From Candidatus Eiseniibacteriota bacterium (lineage in GTDB: Bacteria; Eisenbacteria; RBG-16-71-46; JABDJR01), in contig CAVXKA010000001.1 of the NCBI GenBank assembly GCA_963762255.1, forward strand, positions 256,001 through 320,000: a stretch of 64,000 bases of DNA, written 5' to 3'. Below the pieces are notes generated by a model that saw only the letters and a list, made by a program, of their open reading frames with translations, had not been told where the DNA came from and did no database searches. Position 1 is the first letter of the stretch. The number at the start of each line of letters is the position of its first letter. Positions 29,601 to 40,461 of the stretch are shown here, piece after piece. Made by a program: the position numbers and the translations under genes.

Positions 29601-32600
29601 GCCCGCGATGTTCCAAGCCGGGGCGTCGCCGGGCGGGTTCGGACCCGCGGCGCCGTCCAGGTCACCGAAGATGTAGGGATAGGTGGTATCCACCATGCCC
29701 GGCACGACCATCCACGCCGTCGTATCGTACGGCGCGGCGCCGCCGGCCTTGCGGTACCAGATCTCCACCTTCTCGATGTTCGTGTTGTCTTCGGCGGTAA
29801 CCAGCATCGAAAGCGTGGTCGGCTCGAGGCAGTAGGTCTCGAGGTTGCCACGGAGAACCGTGTTCGCCTCGAGCGTGTCCACCTCGGCAGTGACCACCAT
29901 CACGATGTCGGTCTCGGGACCCACGTTTTCGCCGAGAACCACGCACGCCTTGCAGGCGTCGGGATCGATGTCGAAGTTTCCGTTCGTGTCGTACGCGACA
30001 GCCCGGAAGTTCGTCTCGGTGTCGGTCGTGATCGCGAGATCCCCGTACAGGAACTTCGCCGTCCATCCGTCCACCCTCACCATGTCGGTGGAGATGTAGA
30101 CCCAGGTCGAGTCGACGCCGTTCCGCCAGTAATAGAACCGAACGGAATCAACGTCAGCGTCACTCGCTCCGCCCATAGGCTCGGCGATCAGGGTCAGGAA
30201 GTCCTGCGGGAAGATGTGCAGGCAAGGCGGACCGGTGGGCAGAACCACCGGATCGCCGCCAGCCGCCGGGATGTAGGACACCACGCAGAACTGCGGAGCC
30301 TCACTGTCGATGCAGTACTGCTCGAACCAGATGCGCGTGTTGCTGTCCGGAATCCCGTCACGCGGCGAAACGTCGTCATCCGTGTTGCCGAGAATGTCGG
30401 TCGCCACGGCACGGACGATGTAGCAGCCGCTGAGGCCGGTCACATCCCAATCCATGGCCCACAGGTCGAGATCGTCGTCCGAACCGTCGGCCGGGTTGTC
30501 CTTGAGGATCCAATCCGCCAGATCGAACGCGCTGTTGTTGTTCACGTCGCCGATGTACTCGTCGGCCGCGAAGTTCGTCAGCACCGTCCCGGGGGACATC
30601 CCGGCCTGGGTGACGACGACGATCACATCGGTGGCCGGCTGGAACGTGCCGTTGTTGTTCACGTCACGCACGATCGGGTCGACGGGGTTGTACCCGTCGC
30701 CGTCGACGTCCCAGTACCGGTAGTACTTGCCACCGATGGCCGCATCGAGTGCCCGGGCAGGGGCGTTCTTCAATACGCGCTCGGCACCCGTGCCGGCGCG
30801 GAGGATGACGTCGCCCTTGTAGCCGCGCTTGTCGGGAACCAGACCGTCCACGCCGATCGTGATCCAGGGGCCGCCGTCCGGCTGGCCGTCGGAGTTGGCG
30901 TCCGCGGTGTACTGGAACTCGACCTTGTTCACGGCGAGGTCGTGGATGTAGACGTTCGCGAACAGGCTGTCCACGTTGCCGGCCACGTTCACGACGGGCT
31001 GGATGTAGGCGCGCAGGCCGAGTATCGTCCAGCGTCGCGGTGGCCGTGCAGGTCATGTCCGGCATGCCGTTGCCTTCGATGTCGTAGGCGATGGCGCGCA
31101 GATCGTAGCTACCCGCCACGAAGCCGCGCGTGTCCCACGTCACCGTGGCCACCCACTCATCCGGACCGACGCTGATGATCGGGTGCTTGACGCCCGTCGG
31201 ATCGTCGAGGACGTCGGGAATGCCGTCGCCGCTCGTATCCGCGGGCACGCCGGTGATGGACACCAGCGGGAACCAGGTCAACGTACCCACCGGGCGGTAC
31301 TCGAACTCGACGCGGACCACGTCGTTGGTGGTCGGGTCGCCGTCGCCGTCGGTGAAGCACGCCGAGATGTCGACCGCGCTCTCCACGGGGACGAACGCGC
31401 CGTCAGACGGGTCGTAGTCGGACCCGATCTGGCAGAGGCACGCCATCGGCGGAGTGCAGTCGACGATGATGAGTTGCAGTTCGTAGCAGGTCGCGTCGAG
31501 CACGCCCGGCGAGACGAAGAGGCTGTCGCAAAGCGACTGCGGCTCCACGTTGCCGAAGTTGTCGGTCGCGATCGTGCGGAAGTAGAGCGTGTCCTGGGCC
31601 GCAGGCGGGTCGTTCGTCATCGGGCCGGCGGTGGTCCAGTCCCAGGTGAACGGCGCGCTGACGTCGGTCCCGAGGGCCGCCCAAGCCGTGCCGGTCCAGT
31701 ACTGGAATTCCACCGTGGCGACGTCGTTCACGTCACCCGCGATGTCGGCTTCCAGCGTGTAGGTTGCCGCATCCAGGAACCCGTCGTCGTCGTTGTCCGT
31801 CGAGATGACGTCGCAGACCTGGGTGCCGGCGGCATCCGGGTTGATGTCTGCCACGCCGTCAAACGGCGGAGGAGGGATGGTCGCGATGGGCGCCACGCTG
31901 TCGATCGAGAAACGCAGCGGCACCGCCCAGTTGGCGTTGCCCTGGTAGGCGTGGTCGAAGGCCACCGCGCGGATCCGGTACTCGGCTCCGTCGGCGAGGC
32001 CGTACAGGCTCTTGATCACCTTCATGTTCAGGTTGCGCACGTTCTGCGTCGGTAGTTGAACGCGAAGGAGGTGCTGTTGTTGTTCAGCGGCACGACCGGC
32101 GAATCGCCGGACGCGTTGAATGCGAATCGCGTAGCTGATGATGTTCGGGCGCGCCCAACGCAAAGTCCGCGTCGGCCAGGTTGTCCGAGCCCTTGGTCAC
32201 CGCGGAGTTCCGGTCCTTGTTCCCGAAGACCCCGTCGTTGGCCGTCAGATCGTCGAGGGTCAGGTTGAGATCCTTGGGCTTGGAAGCCGCCGGGGTGCCC
32301 TTGTACTTGGCAATGGCGGTCGGATCGCTGAACCCGGCCACGTAGATGTATCCACCGTAGGTCAGGTCGGACATCAACTTGCCGGCATCGACATCGATCA
32401 CGACCGCGCTGGCGTCCACGATGCCGTCTTCGTCGTCGTCCGACGCCGCGGTGTAGGTCTCGACTTCGCTCGCGTCGTCGATGACGCCGTTGCCGTCGTC
32501 GTCCACGCCGTTCGTGTCCGACTCGTCGATGTTGAACCAGATGTAGCCGCCGCTAATCCCGTTGATACGGAAGAAAGCGTCGTTGTCGTTGTCGATGCGG

Positions 32601-35600
32601 TCGTTGAGACGATGCACGCCGTTGGCGTTGCCGAGGACATCGGCGTTGCCGTCGGCCTCGATGGCGTTGGCCACCTCGGGATCGAGGAGGTCGGCAAAGC
32701 CGTCGTTGTCGTCGTCACCGTTCGTCACGCCGAGGACGTTCCGGATGCCCGGATACCCGTCGGCGTTGGCGTCCCCGGTCGGGTCGAAGTTCAACCACTG
32801 GAAGTCGGCGTTGTTCGAGGTGTTGGGCGTCGCATCGATCTGCAGGGCGACGAAGATTACGTCGTCGTCCGACAGGGTCGAGTCGGCCAGGTTGAAGAAC
32901 GGCGCCACTTCGCCGGCGGGGAGCTTATAGACATGGTCCCCGGGCTCGATGATGTTCGCGGCCCCGGAGCTCGTCCAGGTGCTCTCGCGAGCCAGGAACG
33001 AGATCTCGGAAACCGTGGGGGCCTGGCTGTCCTCGGTGCCGAGGAAGGACTCATCGTCCACCAGCCGGTGCTCCATGCTCCACGACGGAACGTGGGCGTG
33101 CAGCGGCATCGGATAGCTGGCCGCCTTCCCCTCGGTGATCTTGTTGATGAAGTCGGCGTAGACGGTCGAGGCGGTGCCGCTGTCCCAAGCCGCGTTGTAG
33201 TTGCGGTTCGAGCGAACGGCGTTGTCCTCGACGGTCAGCACGACCGGGACATCCTCGAGGACCGCGAAGTTGTCGACGCCCTCCGGATCCGCCACGAGCT
33301 TGGTCGCGTCAAGGTAGTACCCGATCAGCAGGTACCGACTGTTCTCGTCGACGTCGTTGCAGTCGAGGTTCGCATCTCCACCTGTGTAGATCTTGTCGCC
33401 GTTGCGGTCCAGGAACGTCTCGCCCTGGTCCCACCCTGCGTTTCCGTTCTCGTTCACGTAGGGCTCGGGGTAGTCCTTGACCCCGTCGGCGTCGGTGTCG
33501 ATCCAGTCGTTGTCGTCGTCCACCATGTTGGCGCCGAGCGAGGTCAGGAGAACGGAGTCGGCGCCGGTGGTCGTGACGTAGCCGGTCAGGTCCGCCCAGA
33601 TGTAGAGCAGGTTGTTGACCGCGTTGTTGTTGACGACGGAGATCACACCGTTGGTCCCGTCGGAGATCGCCACGGTGGGATCGTAGACCCGGCTCTCGAC
33701 CCGCAGCGTGTCGCCACCGGAGTAGATCCGATCGGCGTTCGTAGGATCGAACGCGTTGGCGATCCGCTCCAGGCCGTTGTCGTTGATGATCGGCGTCGAG
33801 TAGAACGACTCGACCTCCAGCACGCCCGTCCCCTGCGTGCTCACGAAGTAGAGCACGTTGTAGGAGGTGTTGATGGGGTTGAGGGCGATCGGGCCGAAGG
33901 AGCCGTCGACGCCGGGCGTGTGGTCGATCAGGCCCGACCCCAGCCAGATGTACCCGCCGTCGCCGTCACTCTGGCCGACGACACCGTCGCCGTCCGTGTC
34001 GGCATAGACGCGTACCGAGTCCGCGTCGACCGGGGCCGAGCCCGGGTCGCCGCCGGCGAAGTGCAGGCCGGGACCCACTGAGGGATGCTGGACGCCGAAG
34101 ATGTGGATCATGTCGTCGTCCACACCGTCGACGAAGTCGACCGGCCGAGACAGCGGACCTGCTACCAGCCGCCCGAGCGGAGTGAGGTCCGACGGGTCGT
34201 AGTTACCCTCGAGGTCCACCACCACGGCGGCGAAGATACACATTGTCGCCAAGGGCAAGCGTCTCGCCCTTGGTGTCGGTGTCGCCGGCGTTGATGAGGT
34301 AGGTAGCGATCAGATCGCTGTCGAGGGCGAGCAGCATCGGATTGGTCAGCGCCTCGGCGAACTCGACGTTGTCCGTTACGTACTGCGCATCCACCGGGAG
34401 GCTGCGGCGCGCATAGAAGAGGACATAGGTCGCATCGTCGACGCCGGTCTCGTCGTAGCCGACGAAAGCCGTATCGTTGCTGTCATGGGTGAGACCTGGG
34501 TCAGCGGCCAAGATCAGCTTCCGAGGCGGCGAGAAGTCGCGAATCCACGAGTTCTGCGTGCTCGGAGTGGCATTGGTGCCGCTGGCGTAGGTGATCGAAA
34601 CGGAATTCAGGAAGATCCGGTCGCCCTGAGTCCACGCCTCGGAAAGATCGGAGATCTGAACCTGCGGACCGGTCCCAGGGAGGGTGACCGTGATACCGGC
34701 CGGGTTCATTCCCTTCATACCGAAGTTGGCGGCACCGGGAGCGGCCGAGAAGTCGACGTCGAACCAGACGTTGATGCGGTCGTCGGTCAGATCGTCGGTG
34801 CCGCTATCCCGGTAGTTGGCCAGGATGATGATGGGCGACGCCACGACGGTGACCGTGGCCCCGGCCTGGGTCTGGTTACCCTGGTAGTCCAGGATGACGG
34901 CCGGTGTCGAGGTCGAGACCGTCTGGCCGACGGGGCTCCCGCCGCCGATGCCGTCGAGGCGCAGGACGTTGTCGCCGTCATCCGAGCCGATCGCGGTGTA
35001 GGTGCGCCCTGTGATGGCGAAGACGGCGGCGCCGGGAGCGGCGAACACCCCGCTCTGGATATCGTCGGAGAAGACCAGCGTGATCCGGTTGAGGCTGGCG
35101 TCATAGCCCGCCTGCAAGAGGATCGGCCCTTCGTTCTGGGTGATTTCCCAGCGCAACGAAGTGCTGGGCTGGACCGGGCTGGTGGCGGTGCCGCTGCGGC
35201 GACCGCTCAGCACGCCGGCACCGGTCAGGCGGAGCGAGGTGATGCCCTCGCGGATCTTGCCCTGGTCGGTGTCGTTGTTGAAGGTGATGTCCACGAACCG
35301 GTTGTTGACCGCGAACCCGTTGATGACGGGGTTAACACCCGTGGTCGCAAGCTCGGGCGCGGTGAAGTAGGTGCGGGCGTTGGCGCCGGCGGCGATGGCG
35401 GTCGTGATCTGGTGGGTGAAGTACACCCGCATCACATCACCGACCGTCGTGTTCATGCCGTCTTCGGTGCCGTTGGTCACCACAACCCGGGTGATCGCGG
35501 GGCCCGTGGTCACCTTGATTCGGGAGGCGTCCGTCCAACCCAGGTGGTCCTTCGGGTTGCGCAGCGCCACCTTGTCGGTCGTGGTGAGCGCCGTCGCAAG

Positions 35601-36026
35601 TCCCGGATTCGGGACGGTGCCGTTGAGGCCGGTCACCGCGATGACGTTCTTGTACATGTTCAGCGTCGGCGCGTCCGCGTCAGCCTCATGCTGGGCAAAG
35701 GAGAGGTTGCTGATGGTGATCGGCGGGTTCGCGCCGCGGAAGATCAGAAGGTCATCCGCGGTGAAACTACCGGGCGCCACGGCCTCGTTGAAAACGAGCC
35801 AGAGGACGTCGTCCGCCGTTCCGGCCGCAGGACCGGCCCAATAGACCGCGTCCGTCAGCGCGGGCAGTTGCCTGGTGGGGAGCGCATCCGGACGCTTGTT
35901 CGTTCCGGTGAGCCCCAGCTTCTCAATCGGCGGAGCCGGCGCCGCGCCCGTGAACGTCGCGAGGCCGAAGGCCACCGCAACCGCCACGAGAGCAAACGCC
36001 ATCGTGAGCCTTACTCTCCAACTCAT
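20616..36026 (-). CDS. Giant secreted surface protein (~5,100 aa; many bacterial Ig-like domains, Asp-rich Ca-binding repeats, FlgD/T9SS-like CTD), split by indels into ORFs 34203..36176, 32084..34258, 30664..32163 and 20616..30992
   Basis: ATG 36026 with AAGGAGG and signal peptide; sequence style continues across frame switches near 34235, 32050-32165 and 31020; recurring V.F.Y...W..I..D...P...W.T...DG.Y..RA.A.D..GN Ig motif; C-terminal IPNPYNP..IYDWAG..WGGQTDDGRALGNGMYIVRI. Confidence 0.8.
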
Positions 36027-36526
36027 TCCAGCACCCTCCTTCTTGGACACCTGACCGGCGCTCAGCTTCATGCTTCTTCCGAAACCCAGAAGATGAGTCA
36101 TTGTTCTCCGCTTTCCCGGTTTCATCCGTTGCACTCGGACCTCCCTCCGGCTGAACGCAGGCGTTGACGCATACATTCCGTCAAAACCGTCTTCGAGCTG
36201 TTCGAACCAAGGTCTTTCTTCATGTTCCTACAAACGCAAAAAAGGAATCAGCGCATAGCTCTCTTCCATCGCTATTGGCGCTGTCCGTCCACTCCAGGCC
36301 GACACGATTCCGAAAGTAACGCAGATCCCTTTTTGATCGAGGCGAGTCTGCCGTCTGTCTCTACTTCGGTCAAGTCGCTTTGCGTGCCGTTACCCTCCGC
36401 CCTCGAAGATCGCGTAAGCGCTCCGAGGAGCGGCGCCGCGATCACAGGTCCGGCCTGTTACTCACCTCCGTAAGTCGAGTGAACTAAACGGTCTTCCTCA
36501 TGAAAACCGCAAGCACAAGCGCCGGC

Positions 36527-36556
36527 AATGTCCCACACCCTGTTTTGGACTGTCAA
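36527..36556 (-). promoter_or_regulatory. Possible sigma70 promoter for the giant-protein operon
   Basis: Minus strand TTGACA-18 nt-GACATT, about 500 nt upstream of the ATG. Confidence 0.4.
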
Positions 36557-36871
36557 CACAAAACGGGCCGCTTGGGCCTGGTGGTAAGGAAGGCGGGACC
36601 GGACACGTTTCGGCACGTGCCGAGAATATGACCGGCTGCATCAGGATGGACCTGTGCACAACCCTCCTTGTGCTGAGTAGTCCTATGTGACCAGTTCGGA
36701 TTTCCCCCCCCAGGGGAAGTGCGGAACGGTCGGCTTCAGGGTGCCGGAACACTTCGCGAACCGCATCGCGGCTCACGAGCCTACGGTTTCGGCACCCCGA
36801 CCGGGGAAGTTGAGCCCGATCGCTCGGCACGTCAAGAAGAAAAATGAAACAAAGGTGCTCTGCTGAAAAAG

Positions 36872-37939
36872 CTACACGCTGAATCGGATATTGAGAACGT
36901 CCCCGTCGCCCACAACGTAGTCCTTTCCCTCCAGCCGCAGCAGGCTCGCAGCCTTGGCTTCCGCGAGCCCTTTCGCATCCAGAAGTTCTTTCCATCCAAC
37001 GACTTCGGCGCGGATGAAGCCGCGTTCCAGGTCGCTGTGGATCTTGCCTGCGGCCTGGGCCGCCCGGGTCCCGGAGGTGATGGTCCAGGCCCGCACCTCG
37101 TCCTCCCCCACGGTGAAAAAAGATTGCAGGCCCAGAAGGAAATAGGTGGTGCGAATCACCCGATCGAGTCCCGACTCGCCGATGCCGAGGAGTTCCATGA
37201 ACTCCGCCGCCTCGGTTTCCGTGAGATCGGCGATCTCCATCTCCGCGCGGCCGCAGATTTCCACCGCGGCGGCGCCCGGACGCGCGGCAAACGCCTCGGC
37301 GAGTCCCGCGCCGCGCGCGCGATCTTCGTCCACGTTGAACACCACGAGCAGCGGCTTCGCCGTCACCAACTGAAAGCCGCGCAGCGCGCGCTCCTCCTCC
37401 ACGGCCAGGTTCATCTCGCGCATGGGCGTGCCCGCTTCCAGGCTTGCATAGCATCGCTCCAATAGCGGGAGTTCCTCGGCGTCCTGCTTCGCGCCCACCT
37501 GCTTCCCCTTGCGTAGCTTCTGGAGCTGCGCGTCGAGCACCGCCATGTCCTTGAGGATGAGCTCGTCGAGGAAATCTCCGAGATCGCGCATCGGGTCCAC
37601 GGTGCCTCGCGGGTGGGGCACCGAGGCGTTCTCGAAGGCGCGCACGACCACGAGGATGAGGTCGGAGATCGTGATCTGCTGGGGGAGCAGGGCGTCGGCT
37701 TTCTCCTTGCCGCCGGCGGGCCCGGCGAGGTCCACATATTCAATACGAGCCGGCGTGTACTTCTTGGGATGGAAGAGATCGCGCAAGCTCTCGAGCCGCG
37801 CGTCCGGCACCTGGACCGCCCCGATGTTGACACCACCCGAAGCAGAGGCGAACGCTCCCGTGGGCGCGTGCGCCCGGGCCAGGATGTTGAAGAGCGTGGT
37901 CTTTCCGCTCTGCGGATGGCCGAGTATTCCGGTTCTCAA
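36872..37939 (-). CDS. ychF: Redox-regulated ATPase YchF
   Basis: G.PQSGKTTLFN, VPDARL, FFTVGEDEVRAWTI, IHSDLERGFIRAEV, RLEGKDYVVGDGDV. Confidence 0.93.
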   Translation of the reverse strand: MRTGILGHPQSGKTTLFNILARAHAPTGAFASASGGVNIGAVQVPDARLESLRDLFHPKKYTPARIEYVDLAGPAGGKEKADALLPQQITISDLILVVVRAFENASVPHPRGTVDPMRDLGDFLDELILKDMAVLDAQLQKLRKGKQVGAKQDAEELPLLERCYASLEAGTPMREMNLAVEEERALRGFQLVTAKPLLVVFNVDEDRARGAGLAEAFAARPGAAAVEICGRAEMEIADLTETEAAEFMELLGIGESGLDRVIRTTYFLLGLQSFFTVGEDEVRAWTITSGTRAAQAAGKIHSDLERGFIRAEVVGWKELLDAKGLAEAKAASLLRLEGKDYVVGDGDVLNIRFSV

Positions 37940-37963
37940 ACGCGGTCCTCCGGGACGAAGGGG

Positions 37964-38039
37964 TGGTGAGCCGTGCTGGAATCGAACCAGCGACCCTCTG
38001 CTTAAAAGGCAGATGCTCTACCGACTGAGCTAACGGCTC
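37964..38039 (-). tRNA. tRNA-Lys(TTT)
   Basis: 76 nt GAGCCGTTAGCTCAGTCGGTAGAGC...CTTTTAA...GGTTCGATTCC...ACCA. Confidence 0.95.
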
Positions 38040-38076
38040 GAAACGTGATGCGGGGCGCGGACCGTCCGCACCGCTT

Positions 38077-39351
38077 TCATGAACGCCGGGCGTCCACGGT
38101 CTGCTCGCGCGCCTGCCCCACCGAGACGAGACCCACCGGCACGTCGGCGATCTCCTCGATGCGGCGAAGGAACCGCCGCGCGGTCGCTGGCAAGTCCTCC
38201 ATGCGCCGCGCAGCGGCCAGATCCTCGGTCCAGCCCTCCAATTCCTCGTACACCGGCGTCGCGCGCTCCAGAGCGCTCACCCGCGCCGGGAACTCGGTCA
38301 GGAGGTCGTCGCCCACACGATACGCCACGGCGATCCGGACCCGGTCCTGGCCGGTGAGAACATCCAGTTTGGTCACGGCCAGGATGTCGAGCCCGTTCAC
38401 CCGGGCGGCATAGCGCAAGGCGACGCCGTCAAGCCATCCGCAGCGGCGCGGGCGGCCCGTGGTCGCGCCGAACTCCGCTCCCTGGTCGCGCAGGAGACTT
38501 CCCGCCTCGTCGTGCAGCTCGGTGGGGAACGGCCCGAGGCCCACCCGAGTCGTGTAGGCCTTGGTTACCCCGATGACCTCGTCCACCCGGCGCGGGGCCA
38601 GCCCGGTGCCGGTACATGCGCCTCCCGCGGCCGCACTCGAGGACGTCACGAACGGATAGGTGCCGTGATCCACGTCCAGGAGCGTCCCCTGGGCGCCCTC
38701 CAGAAGAAGCCGCCTTCCTTCACGGGCGGCACGATCGAGGAAGAGCGCGGTGTCACGGGCCAGGGGCTCGAGTCGGCGCCGGTAGGGGCCAAGCTGCTCC
38801 TCGACCGCGTCGGCGTCGATAGCCTCCGGGGGAAGCGCCGGCACGAACCGCTCCCGCCAGGCCCGCTGGCGCGCGAGAGCTTCCCGGAAGCGGTCCCGCT
38901 CCAGGAACTCCCCCACCGTGACCCCGATCCTCGCCATCTTGTCCCGGTAGGCGGGCCCGATGCCCCTCAGCGTGGTCCCCACCGCTCCCGGCCCCTTCTC
39001 TTCCTGCTCTTCGATGGCCCGATGCGCGGGGAGGATGATGTGGGCGCGTTCGCTCACCCAGACGCGATCGGCCCAGGCAACACCCTTGCCGGCGAGGCTA
39101 TCCAGCTCGGAGAAGAACCCCTCCAGGTTGATGACGACGCCGTTTCCCACGACGCAGGTCCGGTCGGGGTGGAGGATGCCGGAGGGGACGAGATGGAGCA
39201 CGGTCGTCTCGCCGTTCACCACCACCGTGTGTCCGGCGTTGGGCCCTCCCTGGTAGCGCACGACAAGGTCGGCCTCGTCGCTCAGAAGATCGACGATCTT
39301 TCCCTTGCCTTCGTCGCCCCATTGGGCCCCGACCACCACGCGAACCGACAT
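38077..39351 (-). CDS. purA: Adenylosuccinate synthetase
   Basis: GAQWGDEGKGKIVD, GGPNAGHT, EGAQGTLLDVDHGTYPFVTSS, GATTGRPRRCGW. Confidence 0.97.
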   Translation of the reverse strand: MSVRVVVGAQWGDEGKGKIVDLLSDEADLVVRYQGGPNAGHTVVVNGETTVLHLVPSGILHPDRTCVVGNGVVINLEGFFSELDSLAGKGVAWADRVWVSERAHIILPAHRAIEEQEEKGPGAVGTTLRGIGPAYRDKMARIGVTVGEFLERDRFREALARQRAWRERFVPALPPEAIDADAVEEQLGPYRRRLEPLARDTALFLDRAAREGRRLLLEGAQGTLLDVDHGTYPFVTSSSAAAGGACTGTGLAPRRVDEVIGVTKAYTTRVGLGPFPTELHDEAGSLLRDQGAEFGATTGRPRRCGWLDGVALRYAARVNGLDILAVTKLDVLTGQDRVRIAVAYRVGDDLLTEFPARVSALERATPVYEELEGWTEDLAAARRMEDLPATARRFLRRIEEIADVPVGLVSVGQAREQTVDARRS

Positions 39352-39443
39352 TGACAACCCTCTCTGCTAAGTCCCGGAAACCACGATCTCCCAATCTTCG
39401 ACCATGAGCGAAGCAGTATACCGGCCGGGCGGGGCAATCACAC

Positions 39444-39475
39444 AAAAAGGGCTCCGGACCGGAGTCCGGAGCCCC
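39444..39475 (-). terminator. Rho-independent terminator after the PEP-CTERM gene
   Basis: GGGCTCCGGAC stem/GTCCGGAGCCC followed by TTTTT on the minus strand. Confidence 0.8.
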
Positions 39476-39510
39476 AATGATTAATTTCGGCCAGGGGGAT
39501 CGAGTCGTCG

Positions 39511-40230
39511 CTACTTCCGGCGACGCTTCGCGCTCATCGCACCCCCACTGAGGAGGCCGAAGCCCAGCAGCAGCAGCGTGGCCGGCTCGGGGACGCCACT
39601 TATAGGGGCCTTCACATCCCCGGTGCCGAATCCGGTGAAGCGAGAGAGATACTCCCCGTCACCGTCCACGCCGGCAAGGTTCGGCGGCTGAAACGTCCCG
39701 TAGTCCGTCACCAGAATGTCAAACCCAAAGTCAACCGGCGCCCCGATCGTGATCCCGAAAGGAAGGGCCTGCCCCTGGATCAACTCGGTCCTGGCGCTGC
39801 CCTTGACCGCGAGTTGGTTTGGGCTCCACGCATACTCAAGAGGAGTGTCGAAATTGAGGGCCAGGATCGTCGAGCCGATGAAAAGGTCGAACCCGAAGCT
39901 CGGGAACGGGCCCACGCTCTTCAGGCCGAAGCCGCCGGCGGCGGGGATGTTGAATACGCCTGGGATGTAGATGTCGGCGTAGATGTTGTTGTAGAAACCG
40001 CCGAGGTGGTTACCACTCGGCATATCGAAGAAGTCCATGGTTGTCAGCGCGTCTGCGAGTGACGTGTCACCGGGCCGGGTGGAGTTGGCGCCGCCGCCGT
40101 CAGAGATGACCCCAGTCGTACCGTCGTACATCAGGTTCAGGCCGGTGAACGAGATCTGGAGCGAGTTCGCGGAAACAGGCCCCGCAACAAGCAGCGCCCC
40201 CACGGCGAGAACGGCCAATACCTTTTTCAT
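39511..40230 (-). CDS. PEP-CTERM exosortase-target surface protein
   Basis: Signal peptide MKKVLAVLAVGALLVAGPVSA; C-terminal VPEPATLLLLGFGLLSGGAMSAKRRRK; ATG 40230. Confidence 0.9.
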   Translation of the reverse strand: MKKVLAVLAVGALLVAGPVSANSLQISFTGLNLMYDGTTGVISDGGGANSTRPGDTSLADALTTMDFFDMPSGNHLGGFYNNIYADIYIPGVFNIPAAGGFGLKSVGPFPSFGFDLFIGSTILALNFDTPLEYAWSPNQLAVKGSARTELIQGQALPFGITIGAPVDFGFDILVTDYGTFQPPNLAGVDGDGEYLSRFTGFGTGDVKAPISGVPEPATLLLLGFGLLSGGAMSAKRRRK

Positions 40231-40317
40231 TTCAATGACCCCCTTGGCTGTCGTGACGCAAACGTTTCCAATACGCACACCACCACGCTGGGGTGGTGTG
40301 CTCCTGGGGGAGAGTTG

Positions 40318-40333
40318 TGCAGGATCCATGCCC
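40318..40333 (-). promoter_or_regulatory. sigma54 (-24/-12) promoter
   Basis: Minus strand GGGCATGGATCCTGCA vs consensus TGGCACG-N4-TTGCW; GG-N10-GC spacing correct. Confidence 0.6.
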
Positions 40334-40444
40334 GCGGTGCATCCTCTCCTCGCTCTCCAACACAACTGATTATAGGTGATTGGATTCGTGCATTGCAAGC
40401 AACAAGAGAGTTTTCCTTCACTTCGTATCGGATCCGACGCGTCT

Positions 40445-40461
40445 TGTCAAATCCGCCGACA
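40445..40461. promoter_or_regulatory. TGT-N11-ACA enhancer (bEBP/PrsR-type site)
   Basis: TGTCAAATCCGCCGACA about 110 bp upstream of the sigma54 site. Confidence 0.55.

Noticed and set aside
21447-31175. Very long plus-strand ORFs (1526 aa, 1306 aa; also 50707..54891, 5225..7783, 41686..44286)
   Set aside because: Antisense shadows of real minus-strand genes caused by high-GC codon bias; Val/Arg/His/Asp-rich with no recognisable motifs
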